Below the pieces are notes generated by a model, which was not told the origin of the DNA, did no database searches, and worked only from the letters and a program-made list of their open reading frames with translations. Positions 1 to 13,100 of a stretch of DNA of 64,000 nt are shown here, piece after piece (position 1 is the first letter of the stretch; each line of letters starts with the position of its first letter). Both the position numbers and the translations under genes were made by a program. Source of the stretch: the human T2T-CHM13v2.0 reference genome, Homo sapiens; assembly GCF_009914755.1 (NCBI RefSeq), contig NC_060926.1; one strand, written 5' to 3'.

Positions 1-16
1 TCCACATACCCCTAAT

Positions 17-140
17 GGGTGCAGTGGCTCATGCCTGTAATCCCAGCTACTCTGGAAAGTGAAGTGGACAGTGAGCTATAATTATGCCACCGCACTCTAG
101 CCTGTGCGACAGGGCAAGACCCTATCTCTAAAAAACAAGC
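17..140 (+). mobile_element. Degenerate Alu monomer (FAM/FRAM-like)
   Basis: GCAGTGGCTCATGCCTGTAATCCCAGCTAC...CACTCTAGCCTG followed by an A-rich tail. Confidence 0.7.
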
Positions 141-534
141 AAACAATCCCCCACCCCCACACCCCGGGACCCCTAAGGAACATGATCTATTACAAGAGAT
201 GCACTGCACAGGAAAGCCAATGCACATGTTTTCCAAAAGGCTTTCCACTCATAGTTCTCCTAATCCAAATGTAGTTATCAGCAATAAGTAATATTGCCTG
301 GTCACACAGTGGACATTCCACGTGTCTTAATAGGTTTTTATCATCGTGGTGCTGGGAAAAGGTAAACCAAGGGTACCTTTCTATGCAGAAAGACTTAGAA
401 CTATTGTTAACTCCTTTTTCCCAGAGATAATATTTTCCACAGTATTTATTAATAATTAATAAATAATTTTTTTAGCAGTGCAGTATGTTCTAAATGTTCA
501 TATTTTGCAAAAGCCATAATGCAGCTGAAATAGT

Positions 535-1206
<672 letters not shown>

Positions 1207-1298
1207 TCAAGCTGTGAAGACTTCTAAGCCCCTGAATTGAAATTTTTCAATAACTTTTTCTAAACTGGGGACAGAAATTTATTCTTCAAAAATACATG

Positions 1299-1435
1299 TG
1301 GCCAGGTGCAGTGGCTTATGCCTGTAATCCCAGCACTTTGTGAGGCCAAGGTGGGAGGATCTCCTGAGCCCCAGAAGTTTGAGACCAGACTGGGCAACAT
1401 AGGGAGACCCTGTCTCTATAAAAATAAAAATAAAA
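1299..1435 (+). mobile_element. FLAM / Alu left monomer
   Basis: Single monomer with A tail. TSD AAAATACATGTG on both sides. Confidence 0.85.
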
Positions 1436-1621
1436 ATACATGTGTCTATTTTTTGAATGTATTCATTTATTGTATATGTTTAGAGGTGTGCAACATAATG
1501 TTTTGATATACCTATCAGTAGTGAGGTATACACTCACTGTTGAATGATGCTGACCTCTCATGTCAGTTTGGTCTAGTGGTAGACTACATAGTATAATATA
1601 ATCTTAAACTTTTCCCCCTAG

Positions 1622-1686
1622 GTAAGTGATGTTAATGATGATGTCAGGAGGGCAGCAGTAGAATCACTTGGGTTCATTCTATTCAG
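1622..1686 (+). CDS. PSMD1: PSMD1 (Rpn2/S1) internal coding exon, 65 nt (probably exon 16)
   Basis: Pyrimidine tract plus AG at 1620-1621 and GT donor at 1687. Encodes VSDVNDDVRRAAVESLGFILF-R (PC repeat). The trailing AG joins the leading A of the 53242 exon in frame. Confidence 0.93.
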
Positions 1687-2185
1687 GTAATAACTTCAAA
1701 CTTCTTATTCTATTTATATTTCATTTTTTTTGGAAATGTAGTAGTCACTACCGAAACTACCAAACAGTTTAGTCACTAAACAAAAACTAAATACCTGAGG
1801 AGTATATCTGGGTTCAGAGTGAGGACCATTTAATAGCGAGATTAGTACTGTTCATCTGAAAAAGAACAAAGCATATCATGGGATTCTGAGAACCTCTTTT
1901 AGAAGTAGTTATTTCTGTTCATTTTTTGGTAGCATTCTGCTTATTCATTTAACTTTTTAAATCCAAATAACACATCCAGTACTCCTCTTCTTGTATATTG
2001 GTAGTTCAAATGGATATTATCTCTTACACAGGTTTGTAAAGTTTTTGAAGGGCTTTAATGAAAGTGAAAGGTAATAGGTTTTGTTTAAATGCCAGAGTGA
2101 AAATTTTTAAAGATTATCTTTTACTTATAGTCATGGAGATGTCCTTGGCAGTATGATATAGTTGTGTTTAAGAAGTCATACTCTT

Positions 2186-2491
<306 letters not shown>

Positions 2492-2494
2492 CTA

Positions 2495-2710
2495 AACCCA
2501 TCTGCCTGGGTTGACTCCTGACTCAGCTTCTTACTAGCTGAATGACTTTCAGCAAGTTGCTCAACCTCTTTGCGCCTCAGTTTCCTTGTCTTTAAAATGA
2601 GTATAATCATAATACCCATCTGAGAAGATGTTTTTGACAAGTGAATTAATATATATATGCAATGCCCTTAGAGTGGTGTCTGGTACTAGTAAGAACTAAG
2701 TGTGTATTAA
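2495..2710 (+). mobile_element. MIR
   Basis: MIR core: CTTACTAGCTG..ACTT..GCAAGTT..AACCTCT..GCCTCAGTTTCCT..TAAAATG. Confidence 0.75.
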
Positions 2711-4059
2711 TAATGGTAATTGTAGTAGTTGTAGTTGTGGAGTTGGTGGTAGTATTAATAGATGTAATAGTAGTTCTTCCAGTAATTCATTACTGTCTAC
2801 TTAGATTCAATCTCAGACATCAGTGTTTCTCTTAGCTAAGATACAAGCATACCTTGTTTTACTGCACTTTGCTTTATTAAGCTTTGCAGATACTGCATTT
2901 GTTTAAAAATTGAAGGTTTGTGACAAGCCTGCATCAAGCAAGTCTACCAAAACCATTTTTCTAACAATGTGTGCTCATTTCATTTCTCTGTGTCACATTT
3001 TGGTAATCCTCACAATATTCCAGACTTTTTCGTTATTTTATCTGTTATGGTAATCTGTCATCAGTGATTTTTGATGTTACCATCGTAGTTGTTTTGGGAC
3101 ACCACGAACCACACCCATGTAAAACAGCAAACTCAATCAATAAATGTGTGTTCTGACTGCTCCACACACCGATCATTCCTCCATCTCTCTCCCTCTTCTT
3201 GGGACTCCCTATTCCCTGAGACACAATAATATTGAAATTAGGCCAGTTAATAACCCTACATGGCCTCTGAGTGCTTAAGTGAAAGAGAGAGTCCCACATT
3301 TCTCACTTTAAATCAAAAACTAGAAATGATAAAGCTTAGTGAGGAAGACATGTCGAAAGCCAAGATAGACCAAAGGTAGGCCTCTTGCATCACAGATAGC
3401 CAAGTTGTGAATGCAAAGAAAAAGTTCTTGGAGAAAATTAACAGTGCTACTCCAGTGGACACGCAAATGATAAGGAAGTGCAACAGCCTTATTGCTGATA
3501 AGGAAAAAGTTGTAGTGCTCCGGAGAGAAGATCAAAGCAGCCACAACCTTCCCTTAAGCCAAAGCCCAATACAGAGCAAGACGTTAACTCTTCAGTTCTG
3601 GAAAGGCTGAGAGAGGTGAGGAAGCTGCAGAAGAAAAGCTTGAAGCTAGCAGAGAGCTTGGTTCATGAAGTTTGGGGAAAGAAGCTGTCTCCATAACATG
3701 GAGGTGCAAGGAGAGGCAACAAGTGCTGATGCAGAAGCTGCAGCAAGTTACCCAGAAGATCTAGCTAAGATCATTGATGAAGGTGGCTATCCTAAACAAC
3801 AGATTTTCCATGTAGACAGAATAGCCTTCTATTTGAAGAAGATGCCATCTAGGACTTTCATAGCCTAGAGAGGAGAAGTCAATTCCTGGTTTCACAGCTT
3901 CAGAGGACAGGCTGTTCTTGTCAGAAGCTAATGCAGTGGGTGACTTTAAGTTGAAGCCAATGCTCTTGTATCATTCTGAAAATGCTGGGGCCCTTAAGAA
4001 TTATGCTAAAGCTGTTCTACGTGTTCTAGAAATGAAACAACAAAGCCTGGATGACAGCA

Positions 4060-4500
4060 TGTATTAGTCAGGGTTCCCTAGAGGGACAGAATTAATAGGA
4101 TATATATATATATATATATGGGAGTTTATTAAGTATTAACTTAAACAATCACAAGGTCCCACAATAGGCTGTCTGCAAGCTTAAGGAGCAAGGAGAGCCA
4201 GTTTGAGTCTCAAAACTGAAGAACTTGGAGTCCAATGTTTGAAGGCAGGAAGCATCCAGCACAGGAGAAGGATGTAGGCTGGAGGCTAATCCAGTCTCTC
4301 CTTTTCACGTTTTTCTGCCTGCTTTATATTCCCTGAGAGCTGATTAGATTATGCCCACTCAGATTAAGGGTGGATCTGCCTTCCCCAGCCCACTGACTCC
4401 AATGTTAATCTCCTTTGGCAGCGCCCTCACAGACATACCCAGGATCAATACTTTTCATCCTTCAATCCAGTCAAGTTGACACTCAGTATTAACCATCACA
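4060..4500 (-). mobile_element. MLT2A (HERV-L) solo LTR
   Basis: TG...CA ends. Minus strand begins TGTGATGGTTAATACTGAGTGTCAACTTGA. 5-bp TSD CAGCA at 4055-4059 and 4501-4505. Confidence 0.9.
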
Positions 4501-4765
4501 CAGCACATCTGTTTATGTGGTATGCTAAATATTTGAAGCCCACTGTTGAGAATTACTGGTCAGAAAAAAGATTCTTTTCAAAATATTACTGCTCATAGAC
4601 AATGCACTTGGTCCCCCATGGGTTCTGATGGAGTTGTACAAGGAGATTAATGTTATTTTTATGCCTGCTAACACAATAACCATTCTGCAGCCTGTGGATC
4701 GAGGAGTAATTTTTTACTTTCAAGTCGTATTATTTAAGTCATTTCTTAAGACTATAGCTGCCATA

Positions 4766-5194
<429 letters not shown>

Positions 5195-5502
5195 TCACAG
5201 GAGGAAGTCAAAATATCAACATTAGCAGCAGTCTAGAAGAAGTTGATTCCATCCCTCATGGATAACTTTGAGGGGTTCAAGGCTTTAGTGGAAGAAGGAA
5301 TTGCAGAATTGGTGAAAATAACAAGAGAACTAGAACTAGAAATGGAGTCTGAAGATGTGACTGATAAAACATCAATGGCTGAGGAGTTGTTTCTTGGGAT
5401 GAGCAAAGAAAGTAGTTTCTTCATTTGGAATCTACTCCTGAAGATGCTGTCGACATTGTTGAAATGTTAGGTGTAGGAAAAAATAAAAAAGAAGTAATCA
5501 CT

Positions 5503-5966
5503 TTTTGGGTCTGACCTGCAGACCCTGGCCGAGTGATAGATGAAAGAAGTTCTCAGACATGGATATCCAGTGAAGGAGTGGGCTAGGGGGCTGCTGGCAC
5601 TAGGGCCGAAGAGAGTTAGCCGCCTCTATAAGCCAGAGATGCTCGTGTTTATTTAGTACAGATTTAATGAGAAAGGCTTGGAGCAAACACAATTTGTGGG
5701 TAATTAACATTGTCGACCCACCAAATAGAGAGCAGTCCTGCACACGAATGATCACAGATTAGTTTCTGGAGACAAGAGTAAACAAGTTTATCTAGATAAG
5801 TTCCTTTACATTCCCTTGTTATGTAACCCTTGCTCTTAAGAGAATTTAACTGCCTTCAGCTAAATCCTCTTGAAGCTTTTGCAAAACCTCCCGGCCTTCC
5901 AATAAGGTTTGCATCTTTCCCTATAATTTTTATAACTTTTCCCACCACCCTGACTGATCTCCTACA
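5503..5966 (-). repeat. 3' LTR (LTR22 family)
   Basis: Minus strand starts TGTAGGAGATCAGTCAGGGTGGTGGG directly after the PPT AAAAGGAAGGAGGAGA. Direct repeat of 15462-15927. Confidence 0.88.
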
Positions 5967-6184
5967 TCTCCTCCTTCCTTTTCTGCTTTTTACATCAGGT
6001 TTTGTTAATTGAAGAGTACAGATGTGTGCAGCAGCAGATTTGTTAGGCATAGTGGTTATAACTCGTTTTCCAGCTTTGCATCCTAGAATTAGTAAATAGC
6101 ATAAGACAAACATGAGTATAATCAGTAACATTCTTTTCCAACAAGAATTGACCCCCAGGAGTGGGGGTCTATCCAGGAGAGATG

Positions 6185-8005
6185 TTATCTCACATCCTTC
6201 CATATGGCTGTTTGTTGGGCGTGTAGATCTACGGTGTTTAGGGATTCTAGAATTTTAGTTTTAAGTTGTCTTAAGTCTGCTGTTAAATTATCATATAAGG
6301 TTCCCCAGGGGTGTTGTTTCACCTCATCCCAACTATGTATTGGTTGATTCCAAGGTAGGGAGGTGACACAGATACACTTATGCTCCCAGTCACAGTTTAA
6401 GTGCTGTCGGAATGCCAGCGCATCTTGCTGCTCCCCTGTATATTCTAAGGCAGCCTCAGGGGCTTGCAGGCGTGCAAGAATCTTTTGATCTGTACCCTGC
6501 TCTAAGAGAAGTTCATTAGACACATTTTTGGCCAAGTTACCTACAAAGGTAGCTGTTTTTACAGATTCAGTAATAGAGGCCACAGCAATACTAGCAGTTG
6601 CTAAGATGACTATGGCTGAGACTATAAAGGTTTTATAAGTGTGCCTATGAATCTTTTGGGTCTGACCTGGGACGGGGCATGTTCTCAGGTGGCAAGAGCA
6701 GAGGAACCTTGCCAATCACGTGTCAAATTGGTGGGAATGCTTCAGATTGTCTCCTTAATACCATGATACTAGTAATATTTAAATTAGATATAATTAGTGA
6801 CGCATGAGGCAAACCAAACCTGTCCCTGCACTCGGGTCACAAACGTGGAGTTTTGGGGTGTAATGGAAATATTGGTTCCCATAAGGAAAACATATGGATG
6901 GGTAGTGCAAATCAGGCACTGATCTGTGTGATTATGAATAAAGGTCACAGTATAGTTGTTACTGGAATTATGGTATGTCCCATACCAGGTGTAAAGGGAG
7001 ATGCTAAGATGTCCCAGGCACCATAAAGTGTCTTGGGGTGGCATGGACTCTCCTTGGGATCTGGGATATCCCGTCCCTCCATCGGCCCAAATTGTACGGG
7101 AATGAGACGTGGCTGCAAAACTGTGATTGATGCCACGATGGATGAGGACATCAGTATGGTTGCTCTGCAAGTGTCAGTGGGGGCTCTAGTCTAAGATGTT
7201 ATAATAGCCTAAATGGAGTCTACGGGCTTGTCCTCCATGACAGACCTCCCAGCCAAAGTGGAATCCATTACTTTCCTGGCTATGTTCTTTAGCACAGGAA
7301 GGAATGTTGGGGAAAGTGGCGTTGGTTGCATTGCCCGGTTTGAGGCTATCTGCAACCAAGAATGTTAAGGCATTTCCTTTGCCATGATATAGCCATACTT
7401 GAGTTTGGGCAGGTACACAGTAAGGATTGGAACTTTTATAACTAATGCACAGTGGGAGGATAGTGGAGTGATATATAGTGTTACCTGGCATCTTAATCCA
7501 ATGTGTGCCATTAATGAGGGACCCCACTGGGGGTAAGTCAATCCCTCCTAGCCAAGCAGTTATGTTATTAGAGGTTGGGAAGGGGGTGTCTGCCCAAGTA
7601 ACAGGGCAAAAGAAAAGCAGATCTAAGCCAAGCAATTATGTTATTAGAGGTTGGGAAGCGGGTGTCTGCTCAAGTAACAGGGCAAAAGAAAAGCAGATCT
7701 AAGAGATGAGCCCAATAGAGAGTAGCAGGTGCAGGTTGCAGGCAGAGTGAGAGATTAAGAAGGGTTAATACCCTATGAGAGTTGCAGTGTACAACAGAAG
7801 GCATAGCAAGGAACAAATTATGTGGAGTGAATGGTGTCTGTGTCTGGAGCAGGATTCGCTCAGCCTCCTGAGTTGTCTTCTTCAGCATCCCCCAGGTAAA
7901 GTCCGGGGCTTGTGTCATCCTAGGAAGCCGCGTCGTCCGGGGCTGCTGGTCCTGCAGGGACATTTCCTTCATTTCTGGTACCAGGTTGGGTCCTAGCCAC
8001 ACCAT
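6185..8005 (-). pseudogene. HML-5 env remnant
   Basis: Broken ORFs with HML-type env features: TWGMLKK signal region, LYWAHL, fusion peptide FIVSAIVILATASIAVASI, and CDWEHKCICVT in TM. Confidence 0.85.
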
Positions 8006-10546
8006 GGTATGATTTGATGTATCGTGCTAGAATCCAGAGAGGACCTGAGGGGGTGTGAACACAAGCATATCCTCTTTCCCATGTAAGCAAATCATTTGGA
8101 CCACACCATACATTACTATTTACATTTTTCCATTAAACTGCAGGTTTTATGTCTTGAGAGGTTTTAGCAAAGTGCTTTTCTATGGCTGAAATTTATCATC
8201 TAAATTTTAAAAATTAAGGGTAAATAAGGCTTGTGCCAGTAGTGTTGCCAGGTTCTTACCCATATTCCCCCTTTTTTGTTTTTTTGAGCATATTTTTAAG
8301 AGTGGAATGGGTATGTTCTACTGTCCTTGGGGGTTATACGAGATGCCTGTGGAATGTTGGATGTTCCACGTGTGACAAAATTGTTGAAATTGTGAGCTGG
8401 CATAAGCCAGACCATTATCAGTTTTAATTTTTGTGGGCCGCCCTATAAATGCAAAAGTTAAGAGTAGATGTTTAATAATATATTGGGTGGACTCTCCAGG
8501 AAAAGTATGTGCACTAATTAACTGAGAATTGGCATCAATGGATACATGTACATATCTTTGTTTTCTAAATTTAGGATGTGAGTAACATCTGTTTGCCATA
8601 ACTGATTAGGTTCTAGTCCTCTAGGGTTAACACCTGTTGGAGGGGCGGTGCCGTCCTCTAGGGTTAACACGTGTTGAAGGAGGGGAGGTGCCTGTGAGCT
8701 GGCAGTCTGGGCATTGCAGGATAATTTCTTTAGCTAGCCTTTGGGTGAGTTTAAATTGTTTAGTTAAATTACTCCAATTTTGGTGGAAAAATTGATGCAA
8801 TTGGGTGGCTTGGTCAAGCAGTGACGTCATAACTTGCATATCTGCTTGTTCATTGCCATAAGCCAATGGGCCAGGCAGTGAGCTGTGGGCTCCAATATGT
8901 GTGATTAGAAATAGGATGTGTACGTTGATCCAGCAATTGCTGAAGTCAAAGAAAAAGTGCACACAGGGTGGGCTCGAGAATGGACTTGAGGGCTGTTTCA
9001 AGGTTCTGCAATAAATAAACAGAGTAAGCAGGGTCACTAACAATATTGATGGGCTGAGCAGAAAAAGTTTCCAGTGCCAGTATTAAGGCTCCAGCCTTAG
9101 CTGTCTGAGTGCTAGTAAATCCAGAATGAGTAAGGGAATTATGTGGTTTCTACCAAATTGCCACTTTTCCATTTTTACCAGAACCGTCAGTAAAAAGCAT
9201 TAAAGCGTTGGGTATGGGGGAGTGAACTACTTTTATAGGCACAACTACAGAAGTATGAGATAAGAACTGAATTAAGTTTGTCAGCAGGAAGGGCATGCTC
9301 TATATGGCCTGTATAATCAGAAAGTGCTATTTGCAGGTCTAGAGATAAGGGCAATACTGCTTTGAATTGCTTTTTACTTGAAGGAATTCTATGACATCAG
9401 GGTCATAACCTAGTGACTGATTGCATTGTCTGCAGCTTGTATAGTTGACTTTATTAACTAGCTGGATATAGGGAGATAGTGTTTTAGTCCAGGTATGTGA
9501 GCAAAAAATCCATTCCAGGAAGCGTAGCCCTGGGGCCATTTGTCCTATTAACCCTGTCGGGAGTGTTTAGTAGGAAAAACAAACAATTGAACTGAATAAT
9601 TTGGGTCTATGCGATTTAGTTGCCTCTGAGAAATAGCTTGCTCTATTTCCTCAATTCCCCTTTTTGCTGCAGGAGTTAAATACCTGGGAGAGTCTGGGGC
9701 TGTATTGCCCTTTAGGATGGAAAACAGGTTTTGCAGCTTATCAGTAGTCATGCCCAAGGTGGGACGAAGCCAATTAATATTGCCCAATAATTTTTGATAA
9801 TCATTTAAGGTGTATAAGTTGCTAGTATTTAATTTAACCTTTTGAAGTCTTATTGACCAGGAAATTAGCATGTATCCAAGATATTTCCAAGGAGAGGACA
9901 TTTGCACATTTTTAGGTGCTATGTTTAAACCTCTTAGCTGTGTATTCTTTATGACAGAGGCATATAAACTTAAATGCCTTTGTTGGGGCTGCTAGTAAAT
10001 ATCATCCATAAAATGAATAATCTTGCAAGTAGGAACTTCTTTTCTACTGGGGAGCAAAGCTTGATTGACATGATACTGACACATGGTAGGACTATTTAGC
10101 ATCCCTTGAGGAAACACTTTCCAATGAAATCAGCTAGCTGACCTTTCATTATTGATAGCTGGTATGGTAAATGCAAATTTTTCTCTGTCCTGTTCTGCAA
10201 GGGGAATAGTATAAAAGCGGTCTTTTAAGTCAATAACGGCTAAAGGCCAATCTTGAGGAATCGCTGCGGGGGAAGGGAGGCCCTGTTGAGGCCCCATGGG
10301 TTGCAAATTAGCATTAATAGCCTGTAAGTCATGCAGAAGTCTCCATTTGCCAGACCTTTTGGGAATGACGAAAATGGGTGAATTCCGAGGGCTGTTTGAC
10401 AATTCTATATGGCCAGCTTTTAATTGCTCCTCAACTAATTCATGGGCTCTTTGTAATTTCTTTCCCTTTAAAGGCCACTGTTCTACCCAAGTTGGATCTT
10501 GAGAGAGCCATGTTAAGGGTAGGGGAGGAATAATAACAGTGGCCAT
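7990..10546 (-). pseudogene. HML-5 pol remnant (RT-RNaseH-IN)
   Basis: [44 protein letters not shown] (10001-10012), TDGS, HQFFHQN..CPDC, KTDNG and TGISYNPQGQ. Multiple frameshifts. Confidence 0.9.
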
Positions 10547-11078
10547 TATTAGAAAGAGGTCTGCAGAGTGACCTCAAACCTCTTGTAAATGGGCTAGCGG
10601 CTCCGTTCTTTCTAATGCTTTTTCTTATCTCTTTATAAGCTTTAAAATAAATGGGTTCATGTACCTGATTGCCTTGTTGATCTTGCATTACCAGGCAGGC
10701 TAAGAGCTCCCCTTCTAATGCTGCTTGCCTAAGACAGAATCCCATAGCTGTAGGATATCCCTTGTCTTTTTTCCAATTTATTGGAGGAGGGGACTCAGGC
10801 AAAACCTCCATTTCCTTTTTGTTATTTTTTTCTGTTAATGGCGGGGCTGAGGGAGATGGAGTCGGTAAGGTAGGTGATGGTTCCTCTTCCCTACCCTTTT
10901 TAGGCACTTCTGTGTATAGCAGGACCAAAGCAGCCCTGACTAAGGCCCATAACATTAGAGATGTTACTGGGACCCATTGCCCTTCTGCATGATGTTGTTT
11001 AAGATTTCTCCCAACTGGTTTCCAGAGCTCTATGTCTAATGTACCTTCTTCGGGGAACCACGGGTTATGGGAAACAAC
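10440..11078 (-). pseudogene. HML-5 gag, part downstream of the nested insertion (matrix to start of capsid, then deletion into pol)
   Basis: VVSHNPWFPEEGTLDIELWKPVGRNLK...PSPSAPP...GNQVHEPIYFKAYKEIRKSIRKNGAASPFTRGL. Confidence 0.85.
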
Positions 11079-11550
11079 TGTTACATATAAAGTTTCGGTG
11101 CCACAAAAGAAATAGCACTTGAATATAAAATTTTCTTTTTAATTCTCAGCAAGGCAAGTTACTTCTATAGAAGGGTGCGCCCTTACAGATGGAGCAGTGG
11201 TGAGCGCACACTTGGACAAGGGAGGGGAAAGCGTTCTTATCCCTGATGCACGTGGCCCCTGCTGCTGTGTCATTTCCCTATTGGCTAGGGTTAGACCGCA
11301 CAGGCTAAACTAATTCTGATTGGCTAACTTAAAGAGAATGACGGGGTGAGCGCTTTGGCGGGAGTCAGGGCAGAGCAGGTAGCAGGTAATTGGAATGAGT
11401 TAGGGTGGAGCAGATGATCGGAATGAGTCAGGGTGGAGTAGGAAATCGAAAAAGGTTGCTTTATGAGGAAGTTAAGTTTAAAAGTAGAAGGCAAAGAATT
11501 GAACATACTGACATATTCTTTGAAAACAAATTTAGAACTCATATCTAACA
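11079..11550 (-). repeat. 3' LTR10-type LTR (472 bp)
   Basis: Direct repeat of 14669-15198, preceded on minus by PPT GGAAATACAAGGGGAGGGAT. Confidence 0.88.
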
Positions 11551-12877
11551 ATCCCTCCCCTTGTATTTCCTTACAGCTTTCTTTTCAAACTTTTTTACAA
11601 GTCTTGGCTTAGTTGTTTTGCTTGATTTTCCAAAAGAAGAAGCTTCTCTGGATAAGATGGAGGATAGTTGGTGGAGGTTTTAGTAAGTGCTGTTTTTATG
11701 AGCCTCTGCATCAACTTACAGATGCATGGTATGACACAGCACCCAACAAGAATAATTACCTATTACGGCAGTGAGGGAAATAAGAATTGAGGCTATTATT
11801 CCTTTCCATTTACTGAACTACTTTTCTAGCCATCCTGTAAAGGGGTCATTTACCCTTGAGTTGCTGGCTAACTCATTGGATAGAGCAGTCAGACCTTGCA
11901 GTGCCTTTGTTATACTTCCATTAGGAACAGTGTTGTTTGGGATAAAGGTGCAACATTGAGTTTTAATCATGACACAAACTCCTGCTCTTTCTGCTAATAA
12001 ATAAGATAGCCTAAGGCTATCTTATTTTCCCAAGCCATCTGACTAGTAGCCCCTAATTGTTCAGCTATTCCTTTAACAGCATCTCTAGTGTAGTTAATAA
12101 ATCGCTGCTGGTTGTAATAGATGTAGTTTATACAGTCTACATTTTTATTGTCACCCACCAAAATATTGACTCAAATCCTGCAGCTATTTGATTTTGGGTT
12201 TTAAATTGATCTAGTATTCCCTGTGGGACTCTAATTGTGTCTAAATAGACGTGAGAGTCGAAAGACCCATAGGGGGCTTCTCTTGCTTTACAGTGTCTTA
12301 TTTTTCCTTCCTCTGGTTGATGAAATGCCAGGGTGAAAGGGATAGCCAATTGGACTAAAGCACAAGTGCACTCCAGTTATTTGGCAGAGTGTCCAGCAAA
12401 GGTCCACCACAATACCACCACACATCTGCTTGGGGATGAACAAGGGCTGACTGATTGATAACCTGTTGAAAATTCTTAAGCTCACTGCATCCCTTCAGGT
12501 CTCCAAGGAATGCTAAGTTTCCTCCCTGTCGTGAGAGACATGAATTGAACTTAGTGTTGGGAGACGGAAGCTGGATGGCCCTCGGGGGCTGACCCGCAGG
12601 GTGCCGGACTGCTTTCTTCTGCTAGCAAAGCAGTTGCCACTACAGATTAAATGCATTTGGGCCATCCACGGGTTACTGGGTTAAGGATTTTTGATAGGAA
12701 AGCTACAGGTTGTAAGTGGCTTCAGTGCTTTCTGGCTACACCCTTGTTTACACTGACAACAAGGTGGTATTGGAGTGTTATAGGGTCACGGAGAAGACCT
12801 TCAATTATCAATTATAGGTTTTTAATTTATCCTGGCTTTTAAAGGAATAGGGTACACTGTTTTCTCTTTACTACTTC

Positions 12878-13100
12878 TATCTCTCTCTCTCTTTGAGTTT
12901 CTGTTCTCTCTCTTTCTCTGTCTCTGACTCCCTCTTTGTCTCTCTGTCTCTTTCTCTCTCTCTCTGTCTCTTTCTCTCTCTCTCTGTCTCTATCTCTCTG
13001 ACTCCCTCTTTTTCTGTCTCTTCTTCTCTTTCTCTCTCTGCCTCTCTTTCCCCTTTCTCTTCTCTCTCTCTCTCTCTCTCTCCCCTCTCTGCTGTTCTTT
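12878..13100. repeat. CT/GA-rich low-complexity repeat inside the ERV1 internal region
   Basis: (CT)n and CTCTGT-rich run. Confidence 0.9.

Noticed and set aside
7990-10546. Functional or domesticated retroviral pol/env
   Set aside because: Many frameshifts and stops, FMDD in place of YMDD, and duplications in integrase and env.
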